This document shows, piece by piece, positions 25,797-38,512 of a stretch of 64,000 bases of DNA. The DNA lies in NCBI GenBank assembly GCA_000320545.1, contig ADNK01000875.1, positions 186,001-250,000 of the forward strand, given 5' to 3'. The position numbers and the translations under genes were made by a program. How positions within the stretch are numbered: position 1 is the stretch's first letter; the number at the start of each line of letters is the position of its first letter. Below the pieces are notes generated by a model. That model worked only from the letters and a program-made list of their open reading frames with translations, searched no databases and was not told the DNA's origin. The DNA is from Bigelowiella natans CCMP2755. Taxonomy: Eukaryota > Protista > Cercozoa.

Positions 25797-26021
25797 TCAT
25801 TGCTTAACACCATTATTTTTAATCTCCCTTGTCGTAGTCTCGTTGAACGCGTCTGGGCGCAGCAGCAGCACTTCGTCTAAGCAATTATTTTTTTCTATCT
25901 TAGCACGTATGCTCTGGTAGCTAGAAAACATCGAGAGAGATAGTGCTAAATCCGAGGGAACAAAGGATCTCTCGTACACATTTTATTGACACAAATACGG
26001 ATGCGAGCTGCTGAGAAAAGT

Positions 26022-26071
<50 letters not shown>

Positions 26072-26544
26072 CCTGTCAACCGGAGACGAGAGCTCAGTGC
26101 CGAGAACATTCTTAACAGTTCTGACGGTAGAAGAAAGAAAGAAGTGATGATGCGAACGAAGAGGAAGGCATTTGCTTTGTCGCCGAGTTGCCAACGCAGC
26201 AACCACAGCAATATGTGTGGCGTCGAACGAAGTGTGGAAGTTAACGATGATTCTATGGGCGGAGGACACTAAAGTGCGATCATGCTAGCATGGGTATTAC
26301 TTTTACATTTCTATAATACATTTGTCGTCGATGTAAATCGCTACTCGACATCATTATCGCGCACGTCTTGCCATTACTTTCATGCGGGCATTATGGCGTA
26401 ACGTACAAATCAAACGACCGAGCGAAAGGTATTCAAGACACTAAGGACGCACGTTTTTCTTTCCTTCCGCGCCTTGGGAGGTTCGGATGTACAACAGCTA
26501 GAAAGATACCTTCGGTAGCATGGTAAGAGAGAAATAGAGAGAGG

Positions 26545-26575
<31 letters not shown>

Positions 26576-28851
26576 AGGGTTGGAAGAAGGATGGAGAAAT
26601 AGATGCCCTATATTTATCGTCGCTGAAGGTAGCTGTCATTATCCACCACCAAATAATAATAATAACATCATCATCATCATTATTCACTCAAGCTGTCACA
26701 ATCATCCCCCTCCCCCCCAATACTATGTTACAAGTAACACGCACACAGCTGTTACATGGCTCAACTTGGGTGATACAGAACCAGAGCTCCTTGTTGCCTG
26801 GAGGGCAATACAAAGAAAAAGGCAGCACAAAGCTCAGCAAAGAAGAGAATTTCCCGACGATAGATACTAGCTATACACTCCCTCTTCTTGTGTTGTGCTG
26901 ATGAATGTTATCTACCTCGAACGACCGTGTCGCGGAAGTGAATTGGAGGGCCAAACCTGCCACGCAACAAAGATCTAACGGCCAATCCGCAGCGGCGAAA
27001 TTCAACGAAACGACGATAATGACAACTATGACGCCGATATTGCTTCGCAAATCGACGCGCGCGCCCTCTCCAACTACGCCGTATGCACACATTATATTTC
27101 CAATACTATGCATGCACACACTTAGCAGACAATCAGGCCCAGCTGGTGCTGTTACTGTGAACTACGGCTGTGTATTTATTAGCTCTCCTGCACGCACCCA
27201 TCTAGGATGTGCCGATCCGTCATGATGCTACTGACTATGCTTGGCCATAAAAGCCTTCGTAAACAACAAAGTATGAGAACAACGAACGACGACGACGACG
27301 ACGACGACGATGATAGTGACATCGTCATCTACTATATCTAAGTGATAATAACAACAATAATAGCAGCACGACGAAAATAGTGATGAGTATTCGTGGGATG
27401 GTGATACGAATTTGATGAAATGACTCAAAGCCAGTTAGAAATCGATTTCTATCTGAAATTGTAGCTTTGTGGAATGGGAAATGAGGATGCTGCTGCTTCA
27501 TCTAATAGCACACATAATATGTGCTTCCAATGCCAACGTGTGGCAATATGATCCATTGCCACGTCTCTTACATCTTCTCATTCTTCTTCTTTCTTTTCTT
27601 CTTCGACTGAAATTTCACATACTGTTTGCTGAGAGTCAAGTCTTTGAAGGCCTTGCTTGCCTGTATATTATTCACGCAAGATGATAGATAAACACAGGAC
27701 GCACATCAGAGCCCATATCTGTGTAGCAGCTATGCGTCCTCCTCGTCCTCTTACATCCAGAGAGAACATGTTGGCATCATCATCATCATCATCAACATCA
27801 TCATCATCACCCAACAACAACAACACCAGTACCACCTCAGGAGATACGACGCTACAGATGCAAGGCCAAGCTTTCATGCCTGTGTAGAACATAGGAGGTA
27901 GAACATGGGGGGAGGGAGGAAGAAGTACGAGAGACACAGATACCGAACGGATCGTAAATCCACGTAGTGACGCGCGGAGCAGCAAATATATCAACATCAT
28001 GACAACGACATCAATCTGTGCAAAAACTTGATCCTTTGCTTCTATTATGCAACTGTTGTTGATGATGCTGTTGTTGTTAGTGGCGTTGTCACTACTCATG
28101 ATACCTGTGAGGCCATCAGCACCAAAGTCTCCCACCTCTCTCTCACCAGTAGTGTCGCTCTGTGCACTAAATAGAGGAAGAGGAGGAGGAGGAGAAATAG
28201 GAGGAGACTGACTATAATATGATTGCATACACAACCACACACACATACACACTCGCATGCGCATACACTTTCAGCAATTTATTTACCGAGCATCATACGA
28301 ACTCGTCTGGTTCGGCGGAAGGCGGTACTTCATGAAATTGGGGTAATCTACGTTGGCCTGCGTGTATCTTCACATGGAATCATATTGGAAAGGAGGAGGA
28401 GGAGGAGGAGAAAGGGATTAGGAATGTGGTGAGATATCCCACTTTGCTGACCAGGGGTAGCACCTACCTCTTCTCCTTGAGCGTACGGTAATCAAGTAGT
28501 AAGAAGGCTCGATATGCGCTACCTGAAGGGATGTTGATAGCAATCGTCAGAGCAACGATGATGGAAGGAAATAACAAGAAGAAAAAGGAAGAATACAAGA
28601 TAACTACCATCATTCCTCGTCCACTCATCATCAAATATACTAAATCACGCTGTAGCATGCACACTGCCGTCTTGTAGAAGACTCGAAAGCAAAATTCGGA
28701 AATCTTTTCCTTTTTACCCTCCCCTCCCCATTGCCGTTGGCGGTGTAATGATCAATGATGCTATTACCGATCTTGGGGTCCACCAGCTCTTTCATTGCTA
28801 CAAGCATATCGTCTACCAAGGATATGATACGACCCAAAAAAAGTCTTAGTC

Positions 28852-28885
<34 letters not shown>

Positions 28886-30217
28886 GCATAGTTGTTCTTT
28901 GTAGAAATAGTAAAATTTGTAGTAGTGGCTGTGGCGGTGGCGGTGACTGCATATCATCGGTTTCCTTATTATCCATGAATGTGCCTGCTACCAACGCATC
29001 ATTGCTACACGCCGCTACTACACAACACAGACAAAACGACGACGGTAACAAAGACGTGCAAGCAGGCAGTCATCATGTTCATCAATGCTGCCACCACCAA
29101 AGGAAGATCCTCCCGACGACGACGACGATGATGATGATGATGATGTTTGGGGAGAATGCTGCTGCGTCGGCAGAGATGGTTGTTGTTTGAGTGCGTTCAT
29201 AAAGTACACTGCCAGCTTCTGTTTACACATCCATCCGTCCGCCAGGCGATTTGTTTGTTCGCAGCGTCGGGAGAGGAGGGGGGAGGGGCGAGGAAAAGGT
29301 ACAGGTAAGGCAGTGATTAGATTCTCGTAAGAGTGCATCAAGGAGAAAGAGAGAGAAAGAATGAGGAGGGGTAAAAGAGAGTAGGAATGCGGATACGAGT
29401 CGCTACGAGCATGAGCTTCATTATCGTGTAATGTGCTCCTCTCTCCTCTTCTCTGTGTGTTATATTTTCTCTCAATCCAAACATTTTTTAGTTTCGTCGC
29501 GAAGCGCCTCGACCACCGCAGCACGAACGGTTCCATCACTTGCTCAAACTATGCAGATAGAGAGGTGGAGCGAGAAGACCGAATAAAAGAAAAGAGACTT
29601 AGAATGACACAGCGAGGGGGTGGGGGAGAGGGAAAATGAAGAAGAAGAAGAAGAAGAAGGAATGCCCACTGTCCGCTCATTATGACCACTTGTTGGTGTC
29701 ATCACTTACTCTTCTCTGCTCTTTCTGTTCATGCTGCTGATGCTGCTCCTGCTGCATGCGCGAGCCCTTGATGAGACGGCGCATTTCTGAGAGGCAGAAG
29801 GCCGCCAAGGTAAATTGAAGCGATGCAATGTTGGCCTGCGTGCGAAACGCCATTCCGACAACGACTAGGCACCTAAAGAAGGTAGTTCTTCGCTCATGGT
29901 GATGCTCGTTGTGTGAGAATCAATCAATAAGAGGCAGATGTCATTTTCTTTCTTCCATGCAACCACAGTAGCTGCTGCTGCTGCTGCTGCTGCTACTACT
30001 ACTTGTTCTAATTCTAAACACCGCGCCCCCTCCCCCCTAACAACCTTTCCATTCGCAGGAAGATGCTGTGAACCTAATGTACGACGATGACGACGAAGAC
30101 GACGAACACACAGGCCTCATATACAACAACCCTTCCTACAGACTGTATCGATGATCTGTCTCTCCCCCTCCCCAATCCTCCCTGCCCTCTCTCTCCCTCT
30201 CTTTCCGTATGCGCACG

Positions 30218-30257
<40 letters not shown>

Positions 30258-30300
30258 GTGAGTATGTGCTATCTCTTACTCGTCACCCTTGCCATATGCA

Positions 30301-30331
<31 letters not shown>

Positions 30332-31164
30332 CACCACCATGACGCACTTGCTACTTCTAACAATCTTCTTCGTTACCGCTGGGGGATATAGCGACAAAAC
30401 GGAGGAGGAAGGCATCAGCGATGAGATGGTGGTAGTAGGAGGAGGGTGGTTAGGCGTCGATCTGTCGAGTGATCGTGAGGAAGAGGAAACATAGCGGGAG
30501 GGAGAGGAGGGGGGCGACGAGGCTCTCCCTCCCTTGAAAGGGGATGAGAATGATAGTCTTCGCTGCTGCTGGTGATGATGATGTTGATGATGATGACGAT
30601 GACGCAGTAATCGCCGTTTTATCCTAAGAACAATCGACAAAAGACGGGTGACGACAAGCCAATGGAAAGGAGCGTGTTGTTGATGCAATCGTCGGTCACA
30701 TCCTTCGACACTATCTGCTGCTGCCTCACACACCTGACGGTCTTGGAAAGCGTATCTGCGTGCTGCGTGAACGTGTCCCAATCAACTAAGATCACCGCGG
30801 GTTCGGCCTAGAGCCAACAAGTTAGTAGTCAATGATGAATCATCCATCACACCGTATTTCGCAACATCAACCACCGAGCGGAGAAGCGAAGGAAAGAAGG
30901 TAGTTCAAGAATGAAAACAATATCCACGGCGCACGTCAACGACTGGAATCGCTGTCGTCCACTTTGGCATCACCTGCTACTTCTAATGAGTATTGGTTGA
31001 ATAGTACCGCTCTCGCTCGGTTGATGTGCATGCCACACACCTCAATGTACCGCGACGCGATTTTCGCCTGCATCCCGAACAAAAAGAGTAACTCGTCGAC
31101 GAGTGCGCCCACAACCTGGATGCGCGCCATGCCTGAGTGAAAGTAGTATTGGTAAGAAGACAAA

Positions 31165-31221
<57 letters not shown>

Positions 31222-32986
31222 AGATAAATGTAGGATGATTATGACACGGAGTCTTGCGTTTGTAGTGGAGGAAGATGTAGCAGCTATTGTTTCTCCAATA
31301 CCTGAAACTTGTTCCAACGACACGGCTGAAGAAGAATGAGGAGCAGTCGGAGGAGGAGGAAGAGCTGTGGGAGTAATAGCAGCAGCAGCACTGCCTGCTG
31401 GTAGAGGGGTCTTCTCCTTCACATCTGCTCCTTCCCCCCCCCCTTTGTAGTCGTTTCTGCTTCGACGTCTAGTATGATGTGGAGGAAGCTGATGCTGCTG
31501 CTGCTGCTGCTGTCTTGGGTAATCCCGCGACGTCGGAGTCGTGTGTGAGGAGTATTTACTACTCGATATTGTCTTTTGTGGCGACTCTAAAATCGTGCTG
31601 CTGCCGAGACTATCGATGCTCCCGACTACAACAGATGTAATGATGATTTAGAACCATCAATTCGATTGTAATACATCGCAGATACAAATACTACTACTAC
31701 TACTACTGCTACTACCTGAGTTTCTACTATCTGTGCGCCGTAGATGGTCACTGGCAGTGGTTGTGGAGGGCGTTGTCGTGCTCCCTAATTTATGAATATG
31801 TTTGTTTAGCTTGTCTTATGTGTTGTTCGCATCATCATGATCATCATCCACAACAGCAGCAACACAGTGTGATCGGTGTTGTCATCATCAGCATCAGGAC
31901 AAAGACAGCTGTTTTCGAGAAGGTTTTAGCTTCTAATCGGCTACTCACTGATCAGCCCGCTATCGATCCTCTTGAATCCGCTGCTGTGCGCGTCACCTTG
32001 GTGGTGGTGGTGGCGGTTGGGAGGAATGTCAATACCTCCATGACGATTGCGATTTGAGGGATGATGAAGATGGTGGAGATGATGGTGGTGACGATGATTG
32101 GGGGATGCTCGAGCACTGCTTTCTGGCCGAACTCCTTCTGCTGCTACCGATGAATCTTTCCCGCTGCCTTCTCTTTCTTTAACGTTTAATGAAGGAGAGG
32201 GAGGTGGATGACTCGAAGTCATCAAGGTTTGCTTTTTTGGACGCCGAGAGCGGCGATCTTGGTTGTTGGGTGACGGTGACGACAATAGGCTGAGCGACGA
32301 CGGCTGCTAAGTATTATTGTTCAACCCCGCAACGGAAACAATGATAATGATGAACATAGTAATATAATATTAAAAAGAGGAAAAGAGGAAGAAAAAGAAG
32401 AAGAAAAGGCCAAAAGGAAGCAACAGCAGCAGCAGAAGAAGAAGGAAAAGAATTACGAACAAACAAAGCCACCAAGAAAAGCATTCTGACGTGCGACGTA
32501 CAAACAGGTATGATTCATCGTCCTCACAGCTATGGTCAGAATCCATTGCTACATGCATCATGGGTATATGTGTTCTTTTTACACTCCGCAAGGTTTTCGA
32601 TAGAAATACTGGATGTGTTCGGTAAGTTATGTGACGGGTGAGGATGTCCGTACCACTGCGGTGTGCGACGGTGGCAAGAGAGAAGAGATCTGAGATATAC
32701 GGATAAGGAAAGAATACGACATCGTTACAATCAACGAAAATAATAACGTTTTACATAGTTGCAGAAAGGAACTTGCTCAAAAGAAGAAATAATTATCTCG
32801 AACAAGTCTCAATATTAAGGTGAAGGACCTGTTTTTGTGTGCTGATGAGCTCAGTAGTGATCTTCTTCAGACTATTGAGGTGCTCTCTTGCAACCCTATA
32901 AGTGATAGATGGTGACATCTCAAATACTCTTTAAGGTAGCTGGGCAGTCAATAAATAAATACAACTTGCTTTTTCTCCCCCCTTCT

Positions 32987-33045
<59 letters not shown>

Positions 33046-34072
33046 CCTCTTTCCTCACTCTCCCTCATCAGCTTTTCGATTTTTTTCGCTTTTCTCTAGT
33101 CTCAAAGCAGCCTACCGTGGATCCATCAAATAACTCATTGAATACGAAATCTTCTCGCGGCTGATCATCAAGTAACACAACTTCGAGATGTGCGCTCCTG
33201 CGATATTATGGAGAGCATGGAAATAAAATGTCTGGGAAGAATTTTCAAGAGTGATAGGCGGTGAATCGAGTACGCGATTCTTTCAAACAGTTAAAGCGAA
33301 AGGGAAGTGCAGAAGTCGAGAATCAAACGTGTTTTAAACACATCAGGAATTGGTAAGCTACGAGTTACCTAGGCGCTTTCTCTCAACGTAATCTGAGGAG
33401 TTGGAACCTGGTAATAATAATGTATATTGGAAGAGGAATGAAGATATTGAGGAAATCTGAAGAGAACAATGTTCGATAGAATGAGCAAAGCATTAATATG
33501 CTAAAATCTATATCCCTAATCGTTTCATTCAATTCCCTCTGTTCTCTGACTCTCTTCTTCAATTTGACCAGATGAGAGCCACTTTTCCAGTGGATCCTTG
33601 AAAGGTGCTGTAGTACCAACGAACGATGTATCTGTTCGGCCAATTTCCAGCAGCGATTGGAACAGACCCGCCAGGACCGCATGCCTAATTGATGATGTGA
33701 GCTAAGATGAAACTGAGAAGCTTCTTAAGTATCCTCTTTTGCGGTGATTCAATATTTATGGTAAATAGATGTCAAAAGTCATCATATTGTCATCTCCCAT
33801 AATGAGTCGAAAACTATCTGTTTAAGTGAGGCGCAACCAGGCATCTATGAGCGGAAATCCTGGGCCAGATGAGAGATGATGCTGGTAGAAATTCGAATCG
33901 CTTAGATTCGGGTCATATTGATGAGCCCCAGCACGTCTCTTTGGACTTTCCTGAAATAAGTACCAATGGGTATACAGATGGAAAGGAGACGGGGGGTTAG
34001 GGGGGAAGATCATAAAGAAAGAAGAGCCCAGTAGTAATCGATTAATGTGCTTGTGATCGTACCATCGGCCAT
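25797..34072 (-). CDS. Long multi-exon hypothetical gene (could be two genes); microsatellite-filled introns; no recognised domain
   Basis: Splice-bounded exon reads include ASKAFKDLTLSKQYVKF, YTQANVDYPNFMKYRLPP, VMEPFVLRWSRRFATKLKNVW, CLVVVGMAFRTQANIASLQFTLAAFCL, MARIQVVGALVDELLFLFG and LEVVLLDDQPREDFVFNELF. The last exon ends ...EIKNNGVKQ*. Candidate ATG at 34072. Confidence 0.5.
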
Positions 34073-34344
34073 GCGAAAGCTGAGATGGATCCTGATTTCC
34101 GTGTCCTTCCTGCTTGTATGAAAATTAAGCTATAAACATCCTGTTTTTCCGTGTCGTCAGATTAATTTACACTGCCTTCTTCTCTCTGCGCATTGCGTTC
34201 TAAGAGTTTTTAGGCACATTCGGGAGCAAAAAGTGGTTAAGATGCTGCGACAAGATAATGGCTGTTGTCGCATCATAAAAACACAAATATTTTCTGTGGT
34301 AAATGCTTCATTGTCTGCCTCAAAACCCTTAACACAATAAAAAC
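34073..34344. promoter_or_regulatory. Short divergent (bidirectional) promoter region with a duplicated motif ATCCTG(A/TT)TTTCCGTGTC at 34089-34105 and 34138-34155
   Basis: Head-to-head candidate start codons ~270 nt apart; the near-identical 17/18-mer occurs twice. Confidence 0.35.
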
Positions 34345-35366
34345 ATGTCTGCTTCGACAACGGCTGACCCCTCCTCCCTTCTCCACCTTGGAGTGCTCCG
34401 AATTAGCTCCGATCACGACTTCGAGCTTGTTGTACGTTGGCAGAAACAACCGAATGAGGATTTTGATGCTAAATGTGAACGGATTCTGGGTAAACTTGTG
34501 CAACGGCAGGACACGAAGAAGGTCGACGTTTGCCACCCGTTATGAGAATAATGAGTTCTGAGATCATATTTACAAAGCTCTGGTCGTTTGATGCAAAGCA
34601 ATTGAACTATACAATCCACGTAAATGTGAGACCGAAGCAACAGGACAACTGCGCCTTCTTTGTGGTACGGTCGGCTAGTAACAGCCACATTCAAAAAGTC
34701 TTACATATCGTTGAAATGCTGTTTTTAGATCACAAAAAGTGGGTATGATAGGAGCATCAAAGGCCTTCTGAACGACTTTGCTGACGGATTTTCATCAACT
34801 GTGACTCGAAAAGAAGTCAACGAATCAAATTACCGTACGCAAGAAATAGCTTCACACACCAACTGCGAATTCACACTTTCTGTATAATATTTAGGCGGGT
34901 TGAATAAAAAATGTGCCTCGCTTTTTGAGAGCCTTGACGAAAAGTATGGAACCGATAAGTTAATGAAAGTCAAAGGGCAAGTGGATCAGGTTTGCGGTTA
35001 ACATCGTACATGTTCTCACAAAAGTAATTTTGTTCTGTTTTCATGATAGCTTCACGACAAGACGAAGGAAATAATGATGGATATTATTGATCGCGAGGTA
35101 ATAAATATTTGTCGTCTATCAAATTGCATTAGAGGAAATGCTTGCGTATTTCCATGCAGGGTGACCTAAACCGACTTGACACAGAAGCCGACGGGCTCGC
35201 AAACGAAGCTAAGGGATTCGAGCAAACTTCGAATAAACTAAAATGGAAATTTTGCCGAGAGAATGCTAAGTGGACCATCATTCTTACTCTTAGCATCATT
35301 ACTATTCTCATTGTCATAATTGTAGCTGCAGTGTGTGTCAACGATCCAGACGCATGCAACAGTTGA
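34345..35366 (+). CDS. Longin-type R-SNARE (VAMP7/synaptobrevin-like), six short exons, C-terminal TM anchor
   Basis: The spliced SNARE motif reads DKLMKVKGQVDQ-LHDKTKEIMMDIIDRE-GDLNRLDTEADGLANEAKGFEQTSNKLKWKF with the zero-layer Arg. The TM segment is WTIILTLSIITILIVIIVAAVC. A longin-sized N-terminal region precedes it. Confidence 0.8.
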
Positions 35367-35479
35367 TGGACTATATCGTAAGCATCAGCTTTTGCGTGAC
35401 AGAGAGTATCTAATCTCGAAAATCTATTTTAGTCTCATGAGCATAAATACTAGCAGGTCATACCCAGAATAGTTAAATC

Positions 35480-36130
35480 AGAGCATCACTACATGCATAT
35501 GGTGTCATAATAGCACCTTAAGAGCACGCAACTAGACGACGCAAGCTAGGGCAAACAAGCTATAATCATAGCATGACAGTGTAGGATTTAAACATCATCA
35601 TGCTGCACGTGTGATTGCTAGCAGCACATATAAATAAATTACAAAAAAGTGCGTAGAACAATATAGTCACATATTTTCACTTGATTTATATTTCGGAATT
35701 TAAAAGGCTAGAAGGGTTCACAAAGCTCCACTATGCTGCGCGTGCGCATGCTAACCACTCGATCAACTACAGCTGCTATGCTAGTATGGTGATCACAAAT
35801 CGCCATCGATCATGAAACTAACAACGTTCGCTGCAATGAATGAATAAACTTGGTGATTGTGGCATGATCATTCTAGCATTGTGCGATAGTATTATGACAG
35901 CACAGAATACAACTCAAGCAGGAACCCGCATGAAATAATACAATAGATATTGCATTGTGTCAGCACCGTGTCTAGATGTTACGCTCTAGCGGTGCTCCCA
36001 GAATATCAAGTACGCATACACATAGATTTACTATCACATGTCGTTCCCGTTATACTCGTATCGTAGTTTTTAATAAGTGGAAAACATGACTCTGCGACAG
36101 AGATGACATTCGCACTTAGATATGCTAGTG
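35480..36130. other. Intergenic CATG/TGCA/CTAG-rich tract between the convergent SNARE and LENG8-like genes
   Basis: Same word usage as the 14-15 kb tract but weaker; not quantified. Confidence 0.35.
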
Positions 36131-36646
36131 ATTAAGTAGCACGTTAATTTTGGACAATATATCAATGACGACGAGGTAGTACGACGATGATGATCTAGAA
36201 GGATGCAATCGAGTAGAATACTATCACAAATAGGAGGGATAACAAAGCAGCTTTAATTTGCGATAGAACGATTCTCCACCATACCACTGCAATTATTGAT
36301 AGTGCAAGCTACTTGTGGTGGCAAGCCGAATTACCACATTTTGCGTATGTACTATTTCAGTCAGAGTAGCTCAGATGTTCGAAGCACATTCAACTATCTC
36401 ATGGATTTTAATCATAATCATCATCATCATCATTGTGGCGGCATCATGAGTTATTCGAATGCACCCGTAGTCCGCCCTTTCTCACTTTGTCTTCATCGTC
36501 CTCCTGGAATTAAAAAAAAGAGAAGATTCGGAGGAGGAGGAGGAGGAGGAGGAGGAGAAGAGGAAAAGTGGTTGATGACAATCACTTTAAAATGCAACGA
36601 AAATGATCCACACTATCCTGTATTATAACATCGATAGTGTTCATCA

Positions 36647-37386
36647 TCACTGCTCGCCCATTCGCTTGCTATTCACCTCTTCTCTCTCAGGAGGATGCAG
36701 GTTCGTGCACTGCTTCGGGAGTAATTCCTGTGATAAATATACCCGCCATCAAACAAATCAGCACCAGCAGCACTACAGCACGGATGCAGCAAGAAGGCAG
36801 CAAGCGACCGACCGTCAAGTTATAATGACCAAAAGGAAGCATGAGGTGAAGTTGGCAAATACACAGAGAAATTCATCCTTATTTAGCGGTGGTGCTTTGA
36901 TTGACCGGTCATCCTCTCCTCCCCTCCCCTCCTTCTACTCTCATCAGTACCGTTTGGTCGTCATTGAGTGCCGCCCCGCATTCGACCATAAACTGCACGC
37001 AGGCGCTGTCCGTTTCGAAGTTGAGGGTTCGCGTCAAGTAGCTCACAGGAACTTTTAGCATGCGATATCTGATGATAATGATAATAATAATAATGACGAC
37101 GATGATGATGATGATAATTATGATGATAAAGAATGATGAGAATCTGTAAATGAACGCCGTCTAACCCTTTTGCAGCCGCAATCAACGCATGTAGTCTCAC
37201 TCCGTCGGCCATCTTATCCATAATGGGCTTGCATAGGAGAGGCGCGTCTGTGATTATCCCATGCGATGGGCGGACAGTGGTGAATAAATAAATAAAATGA
37301 ATCAGACGAACAATAACAGTAACAAACCCAACTGGGGGTGCTAATTACTCAAGCTTCCTAAACAACTTCACCGGATGCTACTACTA

Positions 37387-37418
<32 letters not shown>

Positions 37419-37553
37419 ACGACTTACTGCTACTACAAGTAGTAGTAATACTTTTGTAAAGACGGAAGAAAAGCACCCAGTTCCCTCCTGAAACTGCTTG
37501 ATAGACGTCCAGTGCAAAGCGAACCTGGTACGAGTATAGAAAGAAAGAAGAAT

Positions 37554-37595
<42 letters not shown>

Positions 37596-38474
37596 GAGGG
37601 GAAGGAGGGGAGGAGATTGTTTGGTGGATGCTGCTGGTGCGTATATCGTTACAAGAAAGAAGTATGTGTGTGTAATGGATAAGCTGCACTCGTGTCTGCA
37701 TTTTAGCTGACTATCATTTTAGGGGGGGGGGGGGAGTGCGTGGTAGTCGGTAACCGCTGGGTTCTTCCTATCGTTCGGCGTAAGCTCACAACGTAAGAAA
37801 GGTACTAAATCCAGCTTGTGCTCGGTAAGGGTGAGATACAAGAGTTTGTAGGACATAAATTCGGCGTAGTTTGTTCGGTGTTCGCCCTTGATGCTGTAGA
37901 GGTATTTCAGCTGCCTCAGGCACTTGAACAACTCGAACATATCGCCGCACTCGAGGGCGATGCGAGCATGCGTTTCGTACGTTTTCACCGCGAACTCATT
38001 GCGGATGTTCTGGATCATTAGGTCTTGCCGCATGGACTAGAAGCAAAATATGAGATGATGATGATGATGATGATGATAGTAATAAAAGGAGGAGGGGGGG
38101 GGATAGAAGGGTCGGTGTCCTACAGCTGCTACATACCACTGCTACCAACTACATTGACGCGACTACTACGACTATTGCAACTACTACTGCTACTACGACT
38201 ACCTGAAACTGGTCGTTAGTGTACGGGTAATCCTTGTCTGTTTTCCACTTATCGAGCAGCATCGCGTACGTCTTCTCCAGCACCCGTTGAGGCCGCACCT
38301 TCTCAGGTTCGGGGGCGCAGTTGAGTCTGAAGTAGTTTTTCTCGAGCGTCTCACATGTTCCCACAATCTTCAGCTTTTCCCAGTCCAGCGCAAGGTCCCC
38401 TGTCAGCACATAGCCTCTGTCGTCGTCGTCGTAGTCGTCGTCGTCAATGATGATATGTTTGGAGAAGGGATTGT

Positions 38475-38512
<38 letters not shown>

